Shown one piece after another: positions 50,176 through 61,092 of a stretch of DNA of 64,000 bases (its first letter is position 1; each line of letters opens with the position of its first letter). The notes under the pieces were generated by a model. That model ran no database searches. It was not told the origin of the DNA and worked only from the letters and a program-made list of their open reading frames with translations. The translations under genes were made by a program, and so were the position numbers. Source of the DNA: Candidatus Poribacteria bacterium (GTDB taxonomy: Bacteria; Poribacteria; WGA-4E; WGA-3G); NCBI GenBank assembly GCA_965215265.1, contig OZ244048.1, forward strand, positions 4,608,001 through 4,672,000, read 5' to 3'.

Positions 50176-51540
50176 TCATGCCCAGCGTGGGTTTCTGCCT
50201 CCGAACCTTTGTTCGCTTATGTTCCAGAGCTCGGATAATCCGAGTTGACGAATGTGTTCCAAGCCTGGGAGAAACGGATCGTTTATCTGTATTAACCATC
50301 GTTGCAGTGCCACTTCAAGTTCTGTCTTGAGTTGCTGTGAATTCTGATTGTTGATGAGATTGTTCAACTGGTACGGATCGGCGTAGTTATCGTAAAGGAG
50401 CCAATCTGTTCCGTCTTGATGTCGTGCGTAAGTGTAGCGGTGTGTGCGAATGCCGCGCCACTCTTGAAGTCCTGCATTAACTCCTTCGCTTCCATGCAAT
50501 GGTATTTGAAGTAAGACAGCCTCTGGTTCTTCAAGTGTCTCGTTGCGCATGGCGGCTGAAAGATCGCGTCCTTCTACCCCCTCAGGCACCTCTAAGCCGC
50601 ACAGTGAGAGGAGGCTCGGCATGAAATCGACGAGACTCAGCAACGTGTTGCGGGTAACACCTGTGGGTATTTTCCCTGGCCATCGAATAATGAAAGGTAT
50701 GCGAATGGATTCGTCCCATGGGCGTTCCTTCCGGACGTGTCCTTGGCTGCCCAGCATATCGCCATGGTCAGAAGTGTAGACGATGATGGTGTTTTGGGCA
50801 ATGCCGAGCTCATCCAAGGCGTGCATCAATCTGCCGAGATTTTCATCTAGTGCTGTGATGTGGGCATAGTACCCGGCAATGTCCTCCCGAATTTGAGGGG
50901 TGTCTACGGCATTCGGTCTGAGCTGGAGCTGCTCTGGTGGGTACATCGCTTTGTAGTGTTGAGGTACATGTTCGTATGGGTTGTGGGGCGGTCCCCAACT
51001 CATATAGAGACAGAAGGGTTCATCGGCGTGTTCTCGGCAGTATTGAATGGCGTATTCTGTTTGGAAATCTGGTTCGTAGCCTTCAATCTGCATCTGGTTT
51101 CCGACACTGTCATGGTAGGGGGCATTGAAGTAGTTATGGTGGCAATTCCATCCGAGCCAGTCATCAAAACCGAAGCGCATCTCAGGTCTGATAAACTTGT
51201 CTCTGGGCATGCCGCCGAGGTGCCACTTTCCGATGTAGCCGGTGGCGTAACCTGCGGATTTGAAAACCTCTGCAATTCCTGTTTCAGACAAAGGGAGCGG
51301 CAGGTCATTCGAGACAGCTTTGTGATTTAGCGGATACTTGCCGGTCAGTAGACATCCGCGGGCAGGGACGCATAACGGGATATTCGTGAAAGTATTCGGG
51401 AAGAACATTCCTTCTTGTGCGAGCGCATCCATGGCAGGCGTTTGCACCTGACGGTTCCCCGCACATCCGATGTCACATTGGCGATGCTGATCTCCGAAAA
51501 CAAAGATTAAATTAGGTTTCATTTTTTCCGCCTCATCCAT
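50176..51540 (-). CDS. Formylglycine-dependent sulfatase
   Basis: C.P.R motif (CVPAR), GKWH, PPH.P, SDHG. Confidence 0.95.
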   Translation of the reverse strand: MDEAEKMKPNLIFVFGDQHRQCDIGCAGNRQVQTPAMDALAQEGMFFPNTFTNIPLCVPARGCLLTGKYPLNHKAVSNDLPLPLSETGIAEVFKSAGYATGYIGKWHLGGMPRDKFIRPEMRFGFDDWLGWNCHHNYFNAPYHDSVGNQMQIEGYEPDFQTEYAIQYCREHADEPFCLYMSWGPPHNPYEHVPQHYKAMYPPEQLQLRPNAVDTPQIREDIAGYYAHITALDENLGRLMHALDELGIAQNTIIVYTSDHGDMLGSQGHVRKERPWDESIRIPFIIRWPGKIPTGVTRNTLLSLVDFMPSLLSLCGLEVPEGVEGRDLSAAMRNETLEEPEAVLLQIPLHGSEGVNAGLQEWRGIRTHRYTYARHQDGTDWLLYDNYADPYQLNNLINNQNSQQLKTELEVALQRWLIQINDPFLPGLEHIRQLGLSELWNISEQRFGGRNPRWA

Positions 51541-52565
51541 GTATAGATTTTGCGGAGCATGCCTTCACTTCGCGTCCACACGCGCCTTTTGATGGGTGAA
51601 ACGACTTTGGTGTAGTGGCAGAGATGGGTTTGCTTTGCGCCGTATTGCTCTTTGTGCGCAATCAACCCGCTGTTTTGTGGGGGCGATGCCCCGAAATCCA
51701 CCCAGTCGTAGCCGGTGTTGCATGCCCAGGTGATGATATGGTGAAAAATAGCGTTGTTAGGACGGTATTGTAAAAACTCGGGCAGCGAAGCCTCACACCA
51801 TAATGTCACCGTCCGGTTGAAGTATAGGTAGAGGAGTCCGGCGATCATTTTTTCTCTGTATGTAGCGACAGCGAGTTTTGCTATGTTCCGGCGTAGCAAG
51901 GCTTTCATAAAGGCAAGGGGCTTGGGGGTACCGCCCAATCGTTTGACTGTTGCCAGATATATATTGTAAAAAGTCGTGAGTGCTGCGTCACTATCCATAT
52001 CTATGACTTTGACACCGGATTTTGCTGCCTTCCGGACCGCCCCCCGTACCCGTTTATTGTATGCTTTCCAGAGGGCATCAACATCTGGACTCGTCGCTAA
52101 AAGATGGGTAAAATGCTCTAGCCGTTCATATCCATGTGCGTCCAAAATATGTGCATATTTCACGCTCGCTTGTGCGGAGAGCGTCCAGCGGCGTTCACAC
52201 CATCCATTTTCTATGGATGCGCTTTCAAGATACGTTTCAATTTCGGACATCAATTTATCAGGATTGACTTGTTCTGAATGGATAATCTGTGGTCCACCGA
52301 TTAGGTTCCACGGCATTGAGTGCCACAATCGGATGCTGCGAATCGGTTGAAACACGAACGCTGGCACGCCGCCAATCACTGTGTCTTGCTCCTTAATAAG
52401 CAGATACATCGGAACGAACTGTTTGAATGTCTCTGAGAGTGCGTCGCGCCACGCGAGTGACTGGAAAGCAGTGCTATCGGGACGCTGCTGAACCATCGCA
52501 TCCCAACTTTTGTCATTTTGTGTGGCAAGCGGTTCTAGTATGTACACACCGACATCGTATCTCAA
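51519..52565 (-). CDS. FemAB-like GNAT-fold protein
   Basis: VRKAAKSG, FY.IY, PNN, DFG.S..GL..HKEQYG. Confidence 0.85.
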   Translation of the reverse strand: MRYDVGVYILEPLATQNDKSWDAMVQQRPDSTAFQSLAWRDALSETFKQFVPMYLLIKEQDTVIGGVPAFVFQPIRSIRLWHSMPWNLIGGPQIIHSEQVNPDKLMSEIETYLESASIENGWCERRWTLSAQASVKYAHILDAHGYERLEHFTHLLATSPDVDALWKAYNKRVRGAVRKAAKSGVKVIDMDSDAALTTFYNIYLATVKRLGGTPKPLAFMKALLRRNIAKLAVATYREKMIAGLLYLYFNRTVTLWCEASLPEFLQYRPNNAIFHHIITWACNTGYDWVDFGASPPQNSGLIAHKEQYGAKQTHLCHYTKVVSPIKRRVWTRSEGMLRKIYTWMRRKK

Positions 52566-52665
52566 AACGTGCTTTTTGTCAATTTTTAATTGCCTTTTTT
52601 ATCAAAAGTCTGCTACAATCATATAGTGAAACCAGGATGCTTGTGATAGATAGGGAGGAGTAACC

Positions 52666-53319
52666 GTGTATCAACAGAATGGATTTTCAGAATTAGCAAA
52701 ACAGATGTTCATGCATTCGCGTGACGACGAAACCCTTAAAGAATTCCTGACCTCTCAATATTCAGAAGAGGATTTGATATGTTATCTGAGAAGCGACGAT
52801 CCGTTAGAGATGCGTGCTGCTGCCGCTGCGCTTAGGTTAATCGGAGGTGAAATGGGCATTCCGGCGTTGATAGAGGCGCTCCAGGACGATGACTTGGGGA
52901 CGTGCTTTAGTGCTGAAAATGCGTTGTGGCATATCTGGGCGCGGTCTGGTGACCCGGCTGTAGATGCGATACTTAATGACGGAAAGGCGCTACTGAGATC
53001 TGAAGCTTACGATAAAGCGGTTGAACGTTTTACGAAGGTCATTCAAGCAGCCCCTAATTTCGCAGAGGGTTACAACCAGCGTGCCATTGCCTATTTTCTG
53101 CTGGAAGAATGGAGCAAATCGATCCGAGACTGTAAGCGGACCGTGGCGCTCAATCCGAATCACTTCGGTGCGTTCGCGGGAATGGGGCATGTTTATGTCA
53201 AACTGGGAAAAATCATAGAGGCAATTACGGCTTACAAACAAGCATTGCATATTAATCCAAACCTCCTTCCGATTGCAGAGGCAATTTTGCGGCTCCGCAG
53301 CGAATTGGAAAACGAATAA
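52666..53319 (+). CDS. HEAT plus TPR repeat protein
   Basis: IPALIEALQD, LW.IW.RSG, P.FAEGYNQRA, NPNHFGA. Confidence 0.88.
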   Translation: MYQQNGFSELAKQMFMHSRDDETLKEFLTSQYSEEDLICYLRSDDPLEMRAAAAALRLIGGEMGIPALIEALQDDDLGTCFSAENALWHIWARSGDPAVDAILNDGKALLRSEAYDKAVERFTKVIQAAPNFAEGYNQRAIAYFLLEEWSKSIRDCKRTVALNPNHFGAFAGMGHVYVKLGKIIEAITAYKQALHINPNLLPIAEAILRLRSELENE

Positions 53320-53426
53320 GAGGATATGCCATCGAGCCTCTGGCGAGATGCGATATGAAAACCACACGCTTCATTCAGAACAGATAGAACAGATGTACCT
53401 TATGCTATAGACAAAAAAAATCGGAA

Positions 53427-54221
53427 ATGATTTTAAGACGTTTCGCTTTCACTGGCATGGTGGCGGGTTCACCTTATCGGCTAAAAACGTTTTTCTCTTG
53501 CATCTTCATTGCCACTTTTCTCGTGTGGATGCTATACGAATTGTTTACAACCGTGAAATTCGCATCACCGAGTTTACGTTTTGCTATCACGCAAGTATTG
53601 GTTGTGTTGTTGGCGGCCCCTTATTTATCGGCCCGTGCTGTGGTTACGGTTTCTTCTACACAATTATTGGTGTTAAGTCCGGTTAGTTTATGGCGTTTTG
53701 CGCTGATTCGGCTTATCTATAGTCAGAGCGCGGTTATCCTCTGGTCGTTTTTGTCTACCGGGTTCTTGGCCTCTGTTTTTTATGTTGGGAGTGCGACATG
53801 CCTCAAGCTGCTTGCGGTCCTGGTGATTTGTAGCATTACGGGGGCTGCTGTCGGCGCGGGCGCAGGGCTCCTTTGCCGAGATGCCCTATTTGGTACAGAA
53901 TTGACATATCTCTTGTGGAGCGTGCTAATTGGTGGCGTTTTTCTGCTAGGGCCTTTGGACCGCTATGTGGATAACATTCAATCAGTTATTCCGCCGTTTC
54001 TCAACGTTAATCCGGTGATGGCGGCTTGTAATCTCTTTTTTGAGGAAGACATTTTTAGGACACCCTTGCTTTATGATTTAACACCTGTCTCCTCTTATGT
54101 AATCACGTATCCATCGTGGTATCGTATCTGCTTCTGGCAATTGGGACTCGGTGTGCTTTGTGTCTTTGGAATTCTGTTTCAATCGACAAAGAATCTTACC
54201 TATAAAAAGATTCGGGTGTAA
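53427..54221 (+). CDS. Hypothetical polytopic membrane protein
   Basis: Multiple hydrophobic helices; 264 aa. Confidence 0.75.
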   Translation: MILRRFAFTGMVAGSPYRLKTFFSCIFIATFLVWMLYELFTTVKFASPSLRFAITQVLVVLLAAPYLSARAVVTVSSTQLLVLSPVSLWRFALIRLIYSQSAVILWSFLSTGFLASVFYVGSATCLKLLAVLVICSITGAAVGAGAGLLCRDALFGTELTYLLWSVLIGGVFLLGPLDRYVDNIQSVIPPFLNVNPVMAACNLFFEEDIFRTPLLYDLTPVSSYVITYPSWYRICFWQLGLGVLCVFGILFQSTKNLTYKKIRV

Positions 54222-54255
54222 TTCAAAACAGATATAAGGAAAAAAGATAAGTGAT

Positions 54256-55626
54256 ATGATGCAACCAATTGTGAGTGTTTCAGGGGTGCGAGGACAAGTA
54301 GGGGTTTCGCTGGATCCGTGTGTACTAACCCGTTTTGCTATGGCTTTTGGTACGATGGCTGGTGGTAGAACCGTCGTTGTAGGGCGAGATTCCCGCACCT
54401 CGAGCCCGATGGTTCGGCATGCTGTGCTTTCTGGGCTTTTTGCTACCGGGTGCCGCGTGATTGATGTTGGGCTGTGCCCGACACCGACTATCCTTTTGAT
54501 GGCGAAGGTGCTTGGTGCACAAGGCAGTGTGACGATAACGGCCAGCCACAACCCGGTTGACTGGAACGGCATCGAATTTTCTGCCATGTCTGGACAGCTT
54601 TTGACGAAAGCAGAACGTGACGAATTAACAAGAATTTACGAAAACGAAGCTTTCATTCTGGCACCATGGAACGAGCAAGGTGTATTGGAGATGTACGAAA
54701 ATGCAACAGCAGTCCATCTCAAGCAGATATTGCGTGCCCCATGGCTTGAACCGGATCTAATTCAAAAAGCCAATTTGAAGGTGGTGCTTGATTGTGGTAA
54801 CGGTGCCGGAAGTGTCCTGAGTCCAACCCTCTTAAGAGAGCTCGGGTGTAGGTTGGTTGAACTCAATTGTGTTGCTGATGGACATTTCCGTCGTCCGGCT
54901 GAACCTACGCCTCAGGCGTTAAGCGAGCTCTCTGAAACCGTAATTGCAGCGAATGCCGATATCGGGTTCGCACACGATGGTGATGCCGACCGGCTGGTTG
55001 TTGTGACTGACCAAGGTGTGCCGCTCAGTGGCGAATGGACGCTCGCTCTCGTTGCTGATTTTATCCTCTCTAAAACGAATGGTGACATCGTGGTTACGGT
55101 TTCAACGAGTCGTGTGCTGGACGATATCGCAGCAAAGCATGAGGCTGTACTCCATCGAACGAAAGTGGGTGTCGGCTGGGTCGTTGATAAAATGCACGAA
55201 GTGGATGCAGTTATCGGGGGTGAAGGCACCGGGGGTATCATCTATCCGGATATTCACCACACGACCGATGGTATTGCAACAATTGCGGCAATTCTTCAAT
55301 TGATAGCAGAGACTGATAGCCGCGTGACAACGCTTGTTGGGAACATGCCTCAATATGAGATGTGTCGCAAAAAGTTAGATATCCCTTCGCAAAACATCGC
55401 AACACAAGTGGTTGCACGAGCTATGGAGGTGTATGGCGGCGAAACACTTGAGTTGACAGACGGAATCAAACGCGTCTGGGATGATAGATGGGTGAACATC
55501 CGAAAGTCTGGGACAGAACCTGTTATTCGGGTTTTTAGCGAAGCCCCCACGTCTGACGAAGCAGAGGCTTTGTGTGACGAGACGCTCGCGGTTCTAGAAA
55601 TGTTAATGAAACAAATTCACCCTTAA
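54256..55626 (+). CDS. glmM: Phosphoglucosamine mutase / phosphomannomutase family
   Basis: SVSGVRG, TASHNP, DGDADR, GGEG.GG, RKSGTEP; substrate specificity uncertain. Confidence 0.8.
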   Translation: MMQPIVSVSGVRGQVGVSLDPCVLTRFAMAFGTMAGGRTVVVGRDSRTSSPMVRHAVLSGLFATGCRVIDVGLCPTPTILLMAKVLGAQGSVTITASHNPVDWNGIEFSAMSGQLLTKAERDELTRIYENEAFILAPWNEQGVLEMYENATAVHLKQILRAPWLEPDLIQKANLKVVLDCGNGAGSVLSPTLLRELGCRLVELNCVADGHFRRPAEPTPQALSELSETVIAANADIGFAHDGDADRLVVVTDQGVPLSGEWTLALVADFILSKTNGDIVVTVSTSRVLDDIAAKHEAVLHRTKVGVGWVVDKMHEVDAVIGGEGTGGIIYPDIHHTTDGIATIAAILQLIAETDSRVTTLVGNMPQYEMCRKKLDIPSQNIATQVVARAMEVYGGETLELTDGIKRVWDDRWVNIRKSGTEPVIRVFSEAPTSDEAEALCDETLAVLEMLMKQIHP

Positions 55627-55728
55627 TTGCGTTATTTATGACGAGGCATCTGAATAAGGGAAATGCGGCAGGATGTAAGGTTATGAAGATGCGAAAGAGT
55701 CGAAACGAAAAAAAAATTGGAGAAGGCT

Positions 55729-56964
55729 ATGGCTTTGAAACTCGCCTGTATCGGTGGCGGAAGTGGACTTTCTGCGCTGCTCAGTGGGATTAAGCAATAT
55801 GCAGACCTTCACTGTGCAGAGGATAGCATTATCGATTTAGACAGTTTGGCAGCAATCGTGACTGTTTCCGACGATGGTGGGAGTTCGGGGCGGCTCGTTG
55901 AAGAATTTGATGTACTTCCGCCCGGGGATATCCGTAGGCTCCTGTTCACCTTGTCGGATGCAGATGAGCTGGCAGGGCTTTTTGAATACCGTTTTTCAAG
56001 CAATGGGGAGCTAGGAGGGCATACAATTGGCAATATCCTGTTAACGGCCCTGACTGAATTAAAAGGGAATTTCCCGAAGGCGATTCAAGCAGCATCTCGC
56101 TTACTCTCGGTTCGCGGGCAGATTATCCCGGTGACGCTCGATTACACAGTGCTTTGCGCAGAGCTTGCGGACGGTGAAATCGTGCGTGGTGAGTCGACGA
56201 TTCCAACACGCGAGAATCGTGAGCCTATCAAGCGTGTCTTTTTTGAGCCGCGCGAAAATGGGAAAACACACCATCCGCCTGGTGAACTCTATGAATGTCA
56301 AGCGCATGAAACCGCAATAGATGCCTTGCTCAGTGCGGATGTGATTATCATCGGACCCGGCAGTCTTTATACCAGTATCATGCCGAATCTGGTTATTAAA
56401 GGCATTGTTGACGCAATCCAACGGTCCGATGCAATGAAAATCTACGTTTGTAACGTAATGACACAGCCGGGGGAGACCGATGGCTACGCTGTCACCGACC
56501 ACGTCAACGCCCTGTTTGACCATGCCAAGATCGCTTTGCAGTATGTACTTGTTAATAATCAGCCAGCGCCGACAGAAATCATTCAGGAATATGTGCGACA
56601 AGAACTCCTCGCGCAGTTAACGCGCATCCGTTCACTCGCAGAGGAAGGGCTTACAATGCTTTACGAAAGCACTGCGCATCCTTTGGATGTCCTTACTCTC
56701 GCGAAAAATATTTCACAACTCTCTGCAGAGACGATGCTCGTTGCGGATGCATCAAAAGTGCAAGTCTCATACAATGCGGAACGAGAAAATCTTGACGTCG
56801 AAGGTATTACTGTCGTTGAGGCAGACCTGATTCGTGACCTGGTTGTTACCGAACGCGGCATTGAGATGAACGTTATCCGGCACGATCCGGAGAAACTCGT
56901 GCGAACGCTCGTCAAGGTTTTTCGGAATCATCCGAAACTGAATGAACTCACTTCTTCGTCGTAA
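55729..56964 (+). CDS. yvcK: YvcK/GlmR family UDP-GlcNAc-binding protein
   Basis: GGGSG, DDGGSSG, PPGDIR, GPGSLYTS, TQPGET, RHDP. Confidence 0.9.
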   Translation: MALKLACIGGGSGLSALLSGIKQYADLHCAEDSIIDLDSLAAIVTVSDDGGSSGRLVEEFDVLPPGDIRRLLFTLSDADELAGLFEYRFSSNGELGGHTIGNILLTALTELKGNFPKAIQAASRLLSVRGQIIPVTLDYTVLCAELADGEIVRGESTIPTRENREPIKRVFFEPRENGKTHHPPGELYECQAHETAIDALLSADVIIIGPGSLYTSIMPNLVIKGIVDAIQRSDAMKIYVCNVMTQPGETDGYAVTDHVNALFDHAKIALQYVLVNNQPAPTEIIQEYVRQELLAQLTRIRSLAEEGLTMLYESTAHPLDVLTLAKNISQLSAETMLVADASKVQVSYNAERENLDVEGITVVEADLIRDLVVTERGIEMNVIRHDPEKLVRTLVKVFRNHPKLNELTSSS

Positions 56965-57142
56965 TTTTTTTAAGAATTCTGCTAGCATGGCTCGATTGCA
57001 AACTGCATCTACAAATCGGGGCCGGCGGATAGTAAAAAAATATGAGGTACATTGGAATGATAACATACCTCATGTCTCTGGATTGATTGTGATAAAGGGG
57101 GCCTGCTTGACATATAAAAAAGCTAGGGACGATTGCCGGCTG

Positions 57143-57337
57143 TTACCTCTTTTGTGTCAGAGCCGTGGGCTGAATAGTTTTGGACGCAATGTGAGCGGCG
57201 AATTGATCGCAAATGTTTGACAGATCGTCAATAAAAAGTTCCCAACGAAATTCGTCTTGTTGCGCTTTTGCAGCTGCAAGATATAGCGCGAGTTCATAAT
57301 AATTGGCGGGGTTCTCGAGCACATCTTTGGTATCCAT
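57143..57337 (-). CDS. Small hypothetical protein
   Basis: AAGGAG RBS before MDTKDVLE; 64 aa. Confidence 0.65.
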   Translation of the reverse strand: MDTKDVLENPANYYELALYLAAAKAQQDEFRWELFIDDLSNICDQFAAHIASKTIQPTALTQKR

Positions 57338-57500
57338 GGATTCTACTCCTTTCTTAATATATTTCTTCACATACCATAAAACGGAATTAAGACGGAAACG
57401 GTTTCATTTTTTTTGAAAAGAAACAGGAGATGCAGTTGAGAGTGCAGGAATGCCTTGCATCGCACCCTGGAGTATTCTTTGAACTAATTCGTTGAGAAAT

Positions 57501-57529
57501 TTGACAACATAGGCGGAATGTAGTATTAT
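57501..57529 (+). promoter_or_regulatory. sigma70 promoter upstream of glnS-gltX
   Basis: TTGACA-N17-TATTAT. Confidence 0.65.
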
Positions 57530-57800
57530 AATTGCAGCTGCAGCGAAATGTACAATGCAGGAGGAGGCAGCCTCGTCTGGGGGCGTAGTAGACTTCTATC
57601 CGGCGACTGCCAATCAGATAGCACGGGCATGCGAACCAGAGTGAAATTGATGCTGGACTCTTTTTAAGCCTTATGCACACGAATCCCGGTAGCATACGGT
57701 TTTTTGTTTTTTTTGGAGAGAGGAGTTCGTGCCACAAGATTCTCGAAAAGAGAATTCCGCCTTGTGGCATGCAAACTATGCATTGTGAAGGAGATATTTT

Positions 57801-59537
57801 ATGAAAAAGTCGGATTCTGACACAAAACACAACAGCCAAAAGGCAGACCGAAGAACGCACGGAAAAACAGGTATTGACTTTATCCGCCAGGAAGTTGAGA
57901 AAGACCTGGAATCAAATCGGTACGATGGCAGAGTCCACACCCGCTTTCCACCTGAACCGAGTGGATACCTCCATATTGGACACGCAAAAGCCATCTGTAT
58001 TAGTTTCGGTATTGCCGAAGATTATAAGGGGCTTTACAACCTGCGGTTTGACGATAGCAATCCTATCACGGAAGAGGGTGAGTACGTTGAGGCAATCAAA
58101 CGGGATGTCCGGTGGCTTGGATTTGATTGGCAGGACAGAGAATACTATGCCTCGGATTACTTTGAGGCGCTCTATGAATATGCTGTCAAACTTATCAAAA
58201 AAGGGAAGGCGTATATCTGCGATTTGACACCGCAGGAAACCAGAACGTATCGTGGGACTCTGTTGGAAGGGGGCAGAGACAGTCCGTATCGCAACCGTTC
58301 GGTTGAAGAAAATCTTGCGTTGTTCTACCGGATGTGCGGTGGTGATTTTCCTGACGGCTCACGCACACTTCGTGCCAAAATTGATATGACGAGCCCGAAT
58401 CTCAACATGCGAGATCCGGTCATGTATCGCATCCTCCGGGAGCCACACTATCGGCACGGCAAGAAATGGTGCATCTATCCCACTTACGATTTTACACATG
58501 GACAATCCGACTCTATTGAAGGCATAACCCACTCCCTCTGTGATGTTCAGTTTGAAGACCACCGGCCCCTCTATGATTGGTTTTTAGAGGCGTTGGAGAT
58601 TTATCAGCCGCGACAAATAGAATTTGCACGCCTGAATCTAACGTATACTGTGCTCGGCAAGCGCAAGCTCAGACGACTGGTACAGGGTGGACACGTCAAC
58701 GGGTGGGACGATCCGAGGTTGCCGACACTCGCGGGCATGCGCCGTCGTGGCTATACCCCGCAAGCAATTAGAGATTTTTGCAACCGCATCGGCGTTTCAA
58801 AATCAGATAATCTGATTGAGTTAAGCCAGCTCGAGTATTCCATCAGGAACGATCTGAATCAGCGTGCACCACGCGTGATGGCAGTGCTTAATCCTGTCAA
58901 ATTGATTATTGATAACTATCCAGAGGGACACGTCGAAATGCTTGATGCTGAAAACAATCCGGAAGACCCGAACGCGGGTGAACGGAAGATCCCGTTTTCG
59001 CGTGAATTATACATTGAACGTGAAGATTTTATGGAGGATCCGCCGCGAAAATTCTTCCGATTGGCCCCGCAGCGGGAGGTACGGCTCAAACACGCCTACT
59101 ATGTTCGCTGTGAAAACGTTGTGAAAAACCCGAACACCGGCGATATTCTGGAGATTCACTGTACGTACGATCCGGAGACACGCGGTGGCTGGTCAGAAGA
59201 CGGGCGCAAGGTGCGCGGCACGTTACACTGGGTGTCAGCAGAACACGCTGTGGACGCACACGTTAACCTATATGATACGCTTTTCACGGAAAGAGAACCA
59301 GAGAACACTGACGAAGAAACGGAGTGGATGGATTTCCTGAATCCGAATTCTTTGCAAATTCTAACGGGGTGTAAGGTCGAACCGGGTCTGGCTGAAGCTG
59401 ACATCGGCGCGCAGTATCAGTTTCTCAGGATGGGCTATTTCTGTGTAGATGCGGATACAACCTCACAAAAATTAGTGTTTAACCGCACTGTCCCGCTTAG
59501 GGATACATGGGCGAAGATTCAGAGAGGACAGAGATGA
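57801..59537 (+). CDS. glnS: Glutamine--tRNA ligase
   Basis: TRFPPEP.GYLHIGH, WDDPR.PT, QF.R.GYF. Confidence 0.97.
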   Translation: MKKSDSDTKHNSQKADRRTHGKTGIDFIRQEVEKDLESNRYDGRVHTRFPPEPSGYLHIGHAKAICISFGIAEDYKGLYNLRFDDSNPITEEGEYVEAIKRDVRWLGFDWQDREYYASDYFEALYEYAVKLIKKGKAYICDLTPQETRTYRGTLLEGGRDSPYRNRSVEENLALFYRMCGGDFPDGSRTLRAKIDMTSPNLNMRDPVMYRILREPHYRHGKKWCIYPTYDFTHGQSDSIEGITHSLCDVQFEDHRPLYDWFLEALEIYQPRQIEFARLNLTYTVLGKRKLRRLVQGGHVNGWDDPRLPTLAGMRRRGYTPQAIRDFCNRIGVSKSDNLIELSQLEYSIRNDLNQRAPRVMAVLNPVKLIIDNYPEGHVEMLDAENNPEDPNAGERKIPFSRELYIEREDFMEDPPRKFFRLAPQREVRLKHAYYVRCENVVKNPNTGDILEIHCTYDPETRGGWSEDGRKVRGTLHWVSAEHAVDAHVNLYDTLFTEREPENTDEETEWMDFLNPNSLQILTGCKVEPGLAEADIGAQYQFLRMGYFCVDADTTSQKLVFNRTVPLRDTWAKIQRGQR

Positions 59538-60985
59538 GCATAAATCAGGGTGTCCGTGTCCGGATGGCACCGTCGCCAACCGGTTTTTTACACATCGGGG
59601 GCGCACGGACAGCGCTCTTCAATTGGTTGTTCACGAAACGTCACAACGGAACGTTCGTTCTCCGGATTGATGATACGGATACGGCGCGTTCGACCGAAGA
59701 ATCCATGCAGGAAATTTATAGCGCGCTGAAGTGGCTCGGACTCAAGTGGGATGAAACCTACGTCCAATCGGAACGCGGCGGCGTTTATGAACGGTACATC
59801 GCGCAGCTGCTTGAGAGCCGCAATGCTTATCACTGCTACTGCACACCCCAAGAATTGGAAGCAATCCGCGCTGAAGCACGCATGGAAAAGCGGAATCGTT
59901 CCTATGATGGACGGTGCCGACATCTCACCGCAGAAGACACGGAACGTTTTGTTGTAGAAGGACGAAAACCGACGGTTCGAATGAAGATGCCTGACGAACC
60001 CATACGTGTCGATGACATTATCCTCGGTACACGGAATATCGATGCCGGCACTCTGGAAGACGAAGTCATCGTCCGCTCAAACGGTGTCCCTACTTACAAT
60101 CTCACCTCAATTATAGACGATGCTGAGATGGCAATAACGCACGTGATCCGCGGCATGGAACACCTTAACAACACACCAAAGCAGATGGCAATCGCGAACG
60201 CACTCGATTTCACGCTTCCGCAGTTTGCACACATCCCGCTTGTTCTGGATGAGAATGGGCGAAAACTGAGCAAACGGCATCATGGTGACCTTGTCTCTGT
60301 TAATCGTTATCGCCAGCTCGGTTATCTACCTGAGGCGATGCTCAACTTCGTGGTGCGGCTCGGCTGGTCCTATGACGACAAACAGGAAATTTTTGCGGTT
60401 GATGAACTCGTCGAAAAGTTCGATCTGGCACGCGTTGGCAAAAGCGGGAGTGTCTTTGATATTAAGAAACTCGATTGGCTCAATTCACACTACATCGCGC
60501 GATTGGACATCGCAGCACGAACGGATGCCGTAATTCCGTTTTGGGAAGAAGCAGGCATAGATATAACATCCAAACCGCGCCTGCAATTGGAGGGCATCGT
60601 TACCGCAGTAGGTGAACGGCTGCTGACCTTAGCAGATATCGTCTCGCAGACCCGCTATTTCTTTTACGCGCCATCTGAATATGAGCCCAAAGCCGTTAAG
60701 AAATGGTGGGGAAGTTCGGCTGAAAAGAGAGAGAAAGCGGCTGATATCCTAACGCATCTCTCAGAGGTTTTACGCGAAATTCCGGCATTTCAGGTGGAAC
60801 TGGTTGAGGAGGCGATTTGGCAATACACGGACGCACACAATATCAAACGAGTCTTAGCGATGCAAACGTTGAGAATCGCCTTAACAGGGACATCGTTTGG
60901 TCCAAGTCTGTTTGATATCCTTGTTTTGCTGGGGAGAGACGAGGTCTTAGAACGGGTCGAAAGCGCAATAGGACATCTAGCCTAA
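59534..60985 (+). CDS. gltX: Glutamate--tRNA ligase
   Basis: APSPTG.LHIGG, KLSKR; ATGA overlap with the glnS stop. Confidence 0.97.
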   Translation: MSINQGVRVRMAPSPTGFLHIGGARTALFNWLFTKRHNGTFVLRIDDTDTARSTEESMQEIYSALKWLGLKWDETYVQSERGGVYERYIAQLLESRNAYHCYCTPQELEAIRAEARMEKRNRSYDGRCRHLTAEDTERFVVEGRKPTVRMKMPDEPIRVDDIILGTRNIDAGTLEDEVIVRSNGVPTYNLTSIIDDAEMAITHVIRGMEHLNNTPKQMAIANALDFTLPQFAHIPLVLDENGRKLSKRHHGDLVSVNRYRQLGYLPEAMLNFVVRLGWSYDDKQEIFAVDELVEKFDLARVGKSGSVFDIKKLDWLNSHYIARLDIAARTDAVIPFWEEAGIDITSKPRLQLEGIVTAVGERLLTLADIVSQTRYFFYAPSEYEPKAVKKWWGSSAEKREKAADILTHLSEVLREIPAFQVELVEEAIWQYTDAHNIKRVLAMQTLRIALTGTSFGPSLFDILVLLGRDEVLERVESAIGHLA

Positions 60986-61092
60986 ATTGAGTGTTCCGGA
61001 GAGGGGACTCTTGGGCTATTTATTCCTCGCCTCTTTCGTTTGTCGTAGAGATCCGTCATTGCCCCTCTTATCTGCCAAGAAGTAGGACTTTC

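Noticed and set aside
57801-60985. Co-occurrence of GlnRS with GatB
   Set aside because: This is a common arrangement; GatCAB can serve Asn-tRNA formation.
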